From: Octopus sinensis
Taxonomy: Eukaryota
Length of the DNA stretch: 64,000 nt
Direction of reading: 5' to 3'
Assembly (NCBI RefSeq): GCF_006345805.1
Contig: NC_042998.1
Location: forward strand, 75,640,001 to 75,704,000
Positions within the stretch are counted from its first letter, which is position 1. Every line of letters starts with the position of its first letter. This document shows, one piece after another, positions 54,869-64,000 of the stretch. A model generated the notes under the pieces. That model had not been told where the DNA came from and did not search any database. It saw only the letters and a list, made by a program, of their open reading frames with translations. The position numbers and the translations under genes were made by a program.

Positions 54869-55812
54869 AGTGAGATTGGGAAACGGAATATAGTCATGAG
54901 TGATTATAGATTTGTTTAAAAGTCTGGGTTTAGTAATGTGTGCCTAGGGAGATATAATGTTTTAGTTACTGCCGGTATGAATGTGTCCATTTGTAGATGT
55001 GCTGTTTGCAGTATTATATCTAACATCACTTCACCAGATTTTATCTTCCTTTAGCTTAGTTACTGCATAGCTTTCGTATTCTTGGTTAGAAATACACATT
55101 GCCGAAATATTTATCAATCTTCTCGTCGATGTAATTATAAACATACGAAATGAATTGATATCTCCTTAAGTAAACGTCAAACTTTCCTTATCAGTGACAT
55201 GTTATTACATTATTAGTATGGTCATCGACAGAGAAAGTACTGTTCGTTTTATTAAATAAGCAATGTTCACTGGAAATATCAATAGCATTAAAATTCCGTA
55301 AGTTATTTGAAAACCTGGAAGAAAGTAATTAACATTTTAGCGCCAAATCTGAGGTAATTTAAATCAGGTCTGTATGTAATAGTTTTATTGGGAGCTGGAA
55401 ACTTTCTATTGGTGGTTTTTAAAAACTACATATTCCGCCTAGCTATAGAGACACATAAGGGAGACATTGGTATTGTTTGTTATATTATTTCTACCACTGA
55501 GCTAAAGCTTATTTTCTAAATGGTAATTCTACAAAGCTCAGTCTGAGATTTGTTAAAGCCTTTACAGGAAATATAATTCACTGTAGCTATACTTACGCAA
55601 TGAATAATTGTTCTCCTCGATATCCTTAAATAAAAACATGGATCAGTCAGGCGTTCTTCGAGCTTTGCTTGTCTTAGACAAGCGCCTTTGTTTTTGAGCT
55701 TTATAATTTTTGTGATTCGAATGTCATTTGTGAGTATAAGTAATGCATCGTAGAAATCTTATTTCAGTATCAAGCATGTAGACAGTACAGTTAGCATTAT
55801 TACACATCACCT

Positions 55813-55925
55813 CAAAGCGGCGAACTAGCACAACCGTGAGCATGCCTGGGCAACTGCTTATCGGCATTACATTCATCTTCAGGTTCGGAGTTCAAATTCC
55901 GCTGGGGTTGACTTTGCCTTCTTCG
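55813..55925 (+). mobile_element. SINE head fragment
   Basis: aagcggcgaactagca..gagttcaaattccgc similarity to 6452. Confidence 0.7.
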
Positions 55926-55959
55926 AGTTTATGTATGTATATATATGTGTATGGGTGCG

Positions 55960-56195
<236 letters not shown>

Positions 56196-56498
56196 TTATA
56201 AGCTGGTTCAGTATAACTGCAATCAGATTTAAAGAACTCAACATTGAAATAGCAAAGTAAATATGCATGTGTTCGCTATCACTCGCAAGGTTCCGGCATG
56301 TTGTGTCAGCTTTTCCCTAATTGTTCTCTGTGACTATGTAGACACGAACAGACAGGGACCTACTCCTGGCCTTTCTACCCTTATTTAAGATGTAGAGGAA
56401 TGGACGAAAACAGTAGGTTCGTTGTGCAGCCATATATTTGCAATAAAAAAATCTTCCCAAAAATTATTATTATTATTATTATTATTATCATCATCATT

Positions 56499-56630
<132 letters not shown>

Positions 56631-57191
56631 GAGTGAGAGAGCAGTTCATGCCATCAAAGTGACACTGGGGTAAAATATACGAAGCCCAATATACCCATCA
56701 TGACTACCTGTCTGGCACATGCATCACAACCATATGTGCGCGACATGGTGATCTCATATCAAGATAAACAGCACATGACCTTGCAGGTGGGGCCCAGTTA
56801 GAATTTTCTTCAGGTTGAGTAGCCCATCCCGCTCAAAAGGTCCCTGAATAAGGGTTGTTTAAGGATGTTGAAAGAACCACCCATGTTTCCAGAGGTGAAT
56901 CATTCAAACCCCAAAGAATCCCTCTCAACACATGGCTATGATGCTCCCCCACTACTTCTGCTCGTGATCAGAGATGCACATATCGTCAGCCACTAAGGGA
57001 CATGCTCAACTGGTTACGGTCAAACAACTGACAAGCAAATCTGTGGTATTGAGCAGAATATTTGCTGTAACCCATCTTTTATACCAAGACAAAACAATGT
57101 ACATGATAACACTTCCAATCAGTTAAGATCAGAAGCCATGAGAGCCACTGCCTGGTACTGCATCAGGGCATTTATTATATTATTATTATTA

Positions 57192-57225
<34 letters not shown>

Positions 57226-57858
57226 TTATTATTATTATTATTATTATTAATACTACTACTACTACTACTACTATTATCATTATTATTATTATTATTATAT
57301 TATTATTATTATTTTATTATTATTATTATATATTATTATTATTGAGTGAGAGAGCAGTGCATGCCATCAAAGTGACACATGGGTAAAATATACGAAGCCC
57401 AGTATACCCATTATGACTACCCGTCTGATAAGGGTACACCAGGCACATGCGTCACAACCATATGTGCGTGACATGGTGATCTCATATCAAGATAAACAGC
57501 ACATGACCTTGCTGGTGGGGCCCAGTTAGGATTTTTTTCTAGTCGGGTAGACCATCCCGCTCAAAAGGTCCCATGTTTCCAAAGGTGACTTATCCAAACC
57601 TCGAAGAATTCCTTTCAACACACGGCTATGATGCTCCCCCACTACTTCTGCTCGTGATCAGAGATGCACATATCGTCAGCCACTAAGGGACATGCTCAAC
57701 TGGTTACGGTCAAACAACTGACAAGCAAATCTGTGGTATTGAGCAGAATATTGCTGTAACCCATCTTTTATACCAAGACAAAACAATGTACATGATAACA
57801 CTTCCAATCAGTTAAGATCAGAAGCCATGAGAGCCACTGCCTGGTACTGCATCAGGGC

Positions 57859-57940
<82 letters not shown>

Positions 57941-57971
57941 ACTACTACTACTACTACTACTACTACTATTA

Positions 57972-58027
<56 letters not shown>

Positions 58028-58647
58028 GAGTGAGAGAGCAGTGCATGCCATCAAAGTGACACATGGGTAAAATATACGAAGCCCAGTATACCCATTATGA
58101 CTACCCGTCTGATAAGGGTACACCAGGCACATGCGTCACAACCATATGTGCGTGACATGGTGATCTCATATCAAGATAAACAGCACATGACCTTGCTGGT
58201 GGGGCCCAGTTAGGATTTTTTTCTAGTCGGGTAGACCATCCCGCTCAAAAGGTCCCATGTTTCCAAAGGTGACTTATCCAAACCTCGAAGAATTCCTTTC
58301 AACACACGGCTATGATGCTCCCCCACTACTTCTGCTCGTGATCAGAGATGCACATATCGTCAGCCACTAAGGGACATTCTCATTTGGTTAAGGTCAAAAA
58401 AATGACAAGCTTATGTTTTGGTATTGAGCAGAATATTTGCTGTAGCCCATCTTTTATACCAAGACAAAACAATGTAAATGATAACAATTCCAATCGGTTA
58501 AGATCAGAAGCAACGAGAATCACTGCCTGGTACTGCAACGTGGCATTTATTATTATTATTATTATATTATTATTATTATTATATATTATTATTATATTAT
58601 TATTATTATTATTAATACTACTACTACTACTACTACTACTACTATTA

Positions 58648-58703
<56 letters not shown>

Positions 58704-59220
58704 GAGTGAGAGAGCAGTGCATGCCATCAAAGTGACACATGGGTAAAATATACGAAGCCCAGTATACCCATTATGACTACCCGTCTGATAAGGGTACACC
58801 AGGCACATGCGTCACAACCATATGTGCGTGACATGGTGATCTCATATCAAGATAAACAGCACATGACCTTGCTGGTGGGGCCCAGTTAGGATTTTTTTCT
58901 AGTCGGGTAGACCATCCCGCTCAAAAGGTCCCATGTTTCCAAAGGTGACTTATCCAAACCTCGAAGAATTCCTTTCAACACACGGCTATGATGCTCCCCC
59001 ACTACTTCTGCTCGTGATCAGAGATGCACATATCGTCAGCCACTAAGGGACATTCTCATTTGGTTAAGGTCAAAAAAATGACAAGCTTATGTTTTGGTAT
59101 TGAGCAGAATATTTGCTGTAGCCCATCTTTTATACCAAGACAAAACAATGTAAATGATAACAATTCCAATCGGTTAAGATCAGAAGCAACGAGAATCACT
59201 GCCTGGTACTGCAACGTGGC

Positions 59221-59222
<2 letters not shown>
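56631..59222. repeat. Four tandem copies of a ~520-540-bp interspersed repeat separated by (TTA)n/(CTA)n spacers
   Basis: Copies at 56631-57171, 57344-57860, 58028-58546 and 58704-59222. Confidence 0.95.
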
Positions 59223-59277
<55 letters not shown>

Positions 59278-59994
59278 CATTATTATTGTTGTTGTTGTTG
59301 TTGTTGTTGTTATTATATTATCACATACAGTTTTCGTGTATATACTTAAATGTATATTCAATTACATTGATATTGTAGCTCTGTACTCTGCTTCAAACGT
59401 TCTCTGTTCCTGTAAAATAAAGATATGCGTGAGCGTACATAATTGTGTAAGTTTGTGTGTGAGTGTGTGTGGTTGAATTTATATATTTTGCACATTTTTC
59501 TACTTATTTACGTGATCCAAAAAAAAATTTAATGCATTTTTGCATTTGTGACTTTATATAGAAGCAACACCATAAAGATATATTTGTGACCTTCATTATA
59601 TACAATGTATTTATATCATCGTATTATTGCGTACGTGTCTGTGTTTGTGTGTCTGTGCGTGTGTGTGTGTGTGAGTGTATGTATATACGCATATATATAT
59701 GTAAATATGTGTATGCATGTGTGTGTGGGAAGGGTGATGCGTGTATATAAGCGTGTGCGAGTATGTGCGTGTGTGTGCGTTTGTGTGCATATGTGTGTAT
59801 GTACATGTTCGCGTCTATGTTTACATCACCGCAACTTAGCGATTCAGCCTAAGAGACCGATAGAGTGAGTATCAGTTATAAAAAAATAATAATTACTGGA
59901 GTCCATTCATTCAACTGAAAATTCATCATGGCTGTGCCCAGCATGGCCACAGTCTGATAACTGAAACAAGTAGAAGAGAAAAGGTAAAGGATAT

Positions 59995-60827
59995 GGCGTA
60001 CCGACATTCAGCGCCGACAATTCAGCGCATAGACAATTAACCGCATGTAGTATATATAATTTATTATTACATTATATTGGTGTTGGTGTTATTATTACAT
60101 TATATATCTAAAACATGCACAGGCAACCTATGAAGGCGCGTGGCTTAGTGGTTAGGGCATTTGGCTCACGATCATAAGATTGTGAGTTCAATTCCCGGCG
60201 ACGCGTTGTCCCCTTGAGCGAGACACCTTATTTCCCGTTGCTCTAGTCCACTCAGCTGGCAAAAATGAGTAGTACCTGTATTTCAAAGGTCCAGCTTTGT
60301 CACACTCTGAGTCACGCTGAATCTCCCTAAGAACTACATTAAGGGTATACGTATCTGTGGAATGCTCAGCCATTTGCTCATTAATTTCACGAGCAAGCTG
60401 TTCCGTTCATCGTATCAGCTGAGATCCTCATCGTCGTAATGCTACTACTACTACTACTACTACTACTACATGCAACCTACAAACGCAGCAGTCGTAGTAT
60501 AGATTAACTATACATAAACAAAAAGTATACATATACATGAAACAAACACCAGCAAATAAATATAAATCTATATACGCACGCCCATGCTAAATGATAACTA
60601 CACCTTTTGAATATCCTGTGAAAATATAACTAGCTAATTATTGGTTCAAAGAATATAATTTAGCATTTTAATTTTTTTTTTTTTTTTGTATTTCTCATCT
60701 TTACATGTTTTTAAATAAATAATTGAAATTTTCCTTCTGTTTTTTTGTCATCCCAAAAGTAATCTTCACCTAAGTGCAATATGATGCCCTGCGCTGAATT
60801 ATCTAGCGCTGAATTGTCGGCGCTGAA
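59995..60827. mobile_element. MITE-like element whose TIRs contain tandem caattcagcgc sub-repeats
   Basis: ttcagcgccgacaattcagcgc at 60007 is inverted at 60791-60827; a SINE is nested inside. Confidence 0.55.
60130..60440 (+). mobile_element. tRNA-derived SINE (fourth family) with (CTA)n tail
   Basis: gaaggcgcgtggcttagtggttagggc head, gagttcaattcc motif. Confidence 0.85.
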
Positions 60828-61096
60828 CGACAATTATATCTATATATATATATGGCTAATCAAATAAAACACAAGCATATTTTAACAGATTTTACGCTAT
60901 TGCGACAGTTGTGTTTTTCTTCTCTTATATGCTACAATGTATATCTCTTTATATATCGTGTTGATGTGACAATGATTTCACACAAACAACACACTCCTTG
61001 TGTTTCTCTCTAACACACAAAATTTTATGATCCTTTTAAACAGCTTAAGGTGTAGATGTATATATGTGTGAGTGCATGTATATGTGTACATCATAC

Positions 61097-61136
<40 letters not shown>

Positions 61137-61147
61137 GAGAGAGAGGA

Positions 61148-61390
61148 GGGAGGAACATGGCTTAAAGGTTAAGATGTTGTACATGCGGTCAAGCGATCAT
61201 GATTTCAATTCCTAGACCAGGAATTGTGTTCTTGAGCGAGACACTTCATCTGACTCGTGGTACACACCACACCTGTTCAGACAACGTTGATTTGATGGCG
61301 AGAGCGAGCTAATGTGCTCACAAACATTTGATCACTCTAAACAAATCATTTCTGCAGGTAGTTCAGCAAAATTGAACGCTCATACGTCGT
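61148..61390 (+). mobile_element. Diverged SINE
   Basis: ggaggaacatggcttaaaggttaag head; gtgttcttgagcgagacac body motif shared with other SINEs here. Confidence 0.65.
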
Positions 61391-61489
61391 CTGCGAGGGG
61401 AAAGTCCATCATGTGTGTGTGTGTATGCGCGCATTTATATGTATATATATGTGTGTGTGTGTGTGTGTACATATTTATATTACATATAT

Positions 61490-61539
<50 letters not shown>

Positions 61540-61793
61540 ACAGACGATGGATAATTGTCAGCTCATTACAACTGTTTCTTACGCACTTTTTTATAGAAGA
61601 ATGAGATTATTACTTCATCAGATGAAACTTAATTCCAAAAACAAAATAATATCCCAAGAATACGGCAGGGACGTGGCTGTAGTCTTTCGAGGCTTACTAT
61701 GAAATGGGAGAATGACCAAGAAAATTGGCCGCTGTCAGCATTAAGGGTTGGGATTAGGTTAAGAAAATAGTTTATGAAAGGGTGTAATATGAT

Positions 61794-61841
61794 GTGACCT
61801 GGTTGAAATAGGAACCAGTGACCTGGTTGAAATAGGAACCA
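61794..61841 (+). repeat. 24-bp exact tandem duplication
   Basis: gtgacctggttgaaataggaacca x2. Confidence 0.95.
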
Positions 61842-62344
61842 GATAGATTTCTTCTTTAAGAGACTAGAGATGAAGTGTAGGTAATATTTTATAATATCAG
61901 GCTTAGAAAAGTGGGTAGTTGGGGGAGGACTAAAGATAATGTAAGGAGAAAAAATAAAGAAAAGTAAAAAGTGAAAAAATATATAAGTATATAAATAAAG
62001 ACAATTAGGTATAGGGTCGGGATTTAGGTTTCGCTAGTTAAGGATAAAGAACAAAGGGAGGAGGGCAGAGTTACCATAGAATTTAGGGAAATTCTGTGAA
62101 TATAGTTTGAAAGTTACAGTAGAGTGGGAAGTTCTAACTGTTGTGGAACTGTAGCGTTTTGCGCGATTGATTTCTCTGGTAAAGGAGAACGATGTAGGAG
62201 GTTACTATGAGTACCAATATATTATATAGGACAGTGGAGACCACTTGTAACATGCGGATATGTGTGTCTGGAAATGAAATGCCTGGTAGTAATAGTAGTG
62301 TACTACTTATCATTAATGAGTGCAAAGAAAGAGGGGGTGGTTAT

Positions 62345-63140
62345 CTCTGTACACAACCCGAATATCCTATTTGATATTTATCAACCTTAGGTGGGACTAC
62401 AGGCTTACCCAACCCTACCTGACTACGGTGCCAGCTGTTCGCTACCATTGAAATAAGGTAACACCCCTTATTTTTCGAGCACCATCCGGAATATTCGAGC
62501 GGTTCCAAGCAGTGCTGTTTTCTGCCATTGCTCTACCCTTATTGCAGTCCCTATTTGTTCCATGTACTTCTCAAGATTTTTGCTTACTGTTCCCAGGACT
62601 CCGACAATTATTGGTACTACTGCCACGTTTTTCCTCGACCGCAACTGCTTAACCTCCCAAGCTAACCTGTCATATCTATCGGCTTTTGTTTCTTCCTTAT
62701 CGCATACCTTGTTGCAAGCTGGGCATGCTATATCTATTATCCAGCATCGGTTGCTTTCTTTCTCAATTAACACTATGTCTGGTTTCCTATTCTCTACCTC
62801 ATGGTCGCACTGAATCATAAAATTTCATAGGATCTTCGCATTATCATTTTCGATGATGCCTTCGTAACAATTTTTGCTCTGTGAAGTCCATGCTTGTTGC
62901 AAAGTGTCCAATGGATAATCCTTGCTATATTGTCATGACGTTTCTTATATTCTTTCTGGGTTAGTAGCGTACATTGACTGGTAATATGCCATACGATTTC
63001 ACCATTTTGTCAACAAATTCTGCACTTATCACTTTCTGATGTGCCTATTTTGTATTTGATGTAATTGGTTCTCAATTCCTGCTCTTGGGCAGCACAAATT
63101 AGAACCTCCATTTCCAGTTTTAAATCACTTTTTGTCATAC
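62345..63140 (-). mobile_element. R4/Dong-like non-LTR 3' end (zinc knuckle + REL)
   Basis: EVLICAAQEQ, HIT(S)..KEYKKRHDNIA, IQCDHEVENRKPDIV..IIDIACP..TALLGTARIFR. Confidence 0.88.
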
Positions 63141-63290
63141 ATAGCCATAGAAATGAACGCACTTGCCCAATGTGCCGTACAATGGAACTGAACCTGAACT
63201 TACCTGATTACAAATCGAGTTTCTTAACTACGCATACGATTGACTACATTAATAATTGATCTCGCAAAAATTAAAGCACTACTTAATAAT

Positions 63291-63419
63291 CCTTTCTAGT
63301 ATAGGCACAAGGCCTGAAGTTTCAGGGAAGCGGTGAGTCGATTACATCGATCCCAGTACGCAAATGGTACTTAATTTATCGACCCAGAAAGGATGAAAAG
63401 CAAAGTCGACCCTGGCTGA
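63291..63419 (-). mobile_element. 5'-truncated SINE with 18-bp TSD
   Basis: aaagcactacttaataat at 63273-63290 and 63420-63437. Confidence 0.85.
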
Positions 63420-64000
63420 AAAGCACTACTTAATAATGATTTAGTAATTGAAGGGAGCAGTCTTTAGTGTTTAATAGCAATAGATTATTTTCAGTTTTGT
63501 TAGAAACAGAGTTAAACCCTGTAACAACTTCATAAACCCCAATGGACTACGATGATGAAACTGCCTTTAAATTTGCGATGATTGCATTTTTTACTTACGT
63601 TTCCTACCTCTGTTTTTGTCGAATTAATTAATTGAATAGAAGGTTCATTTTCCGAAGATCGTTTTGTAATTCTTAAATCTGAAGTATAGTTACTTAGATA
63701 TCAACATATGATTTGTATGTCTAAGTCGATGTAATGTTTTGACTTTGAGTACTAATTCTGTTTAGGTTTTCTGCGATTACACTTCTGCATACTGCATAAA
63801 AACCAACTTCTTCATTAACAGTCTCAGGTGAGAGCACATTTTCATGTTTAACAAGATGATAAACCAAATTTAAAATTTTAATATGGATCCAAGAATTGTA
63901 ATTGCCAATTCCCCTAATTTGTTATAACAAAATTTTGAAGATAAATTTTCTCTAATCAAAATAAAAAGAAAATAGAGTATACGTGATATACATCTCTGCC

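Noticed and set aside
56345-56420. Hammerhead-like ACCUACU..GGACGAAA..AGUAGGU
   Set aside because: No CUGANGA core.

Overview
AT-rich, microsatellite-dense eukaryotic DNA made up almost entirely of transposable-element debris. The tRNA-derived SINEs, abundant (TA)n/(GATA)n/(TAA)n tracts and LINE families resemble what I recall of coleoid cephalopod (Octopus-like) genomes; this is an inference. I could not support any host protein-coding exon, rRNA, true tRNA or CRISPR array, and most ORFs in the track are translated microsatellites. Recognisable elements: a near-intact Penelope-like retroelement of Naiad type (RT + GIY-YIG, one frameshift, upstream hammerhead ribozyme); several other Penelope-like fragments; CR1/L2-like, RTE-like, R4/Dong-like and Hero/NeSL-like LINE fragments; a decayed Helitron; Tc1 and mariner remnants; MITE-like elements; and many SINEs. 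Most interesting: (i) two unrelated ORF-less fold-back elements whose inverted arms each carry a type-I hammerhead ribozyme, one a perfect 145-bp palindrome with a compensatory G3:C8 core swap and one with a fully canonical core; (ii) an ORF1-only (half-L1-like) retroelement inserted with a 15-bp TSD into the tRNA-like head of a SINE; (iii) a chimeric four-copy tandem array that records unequal crossovers.
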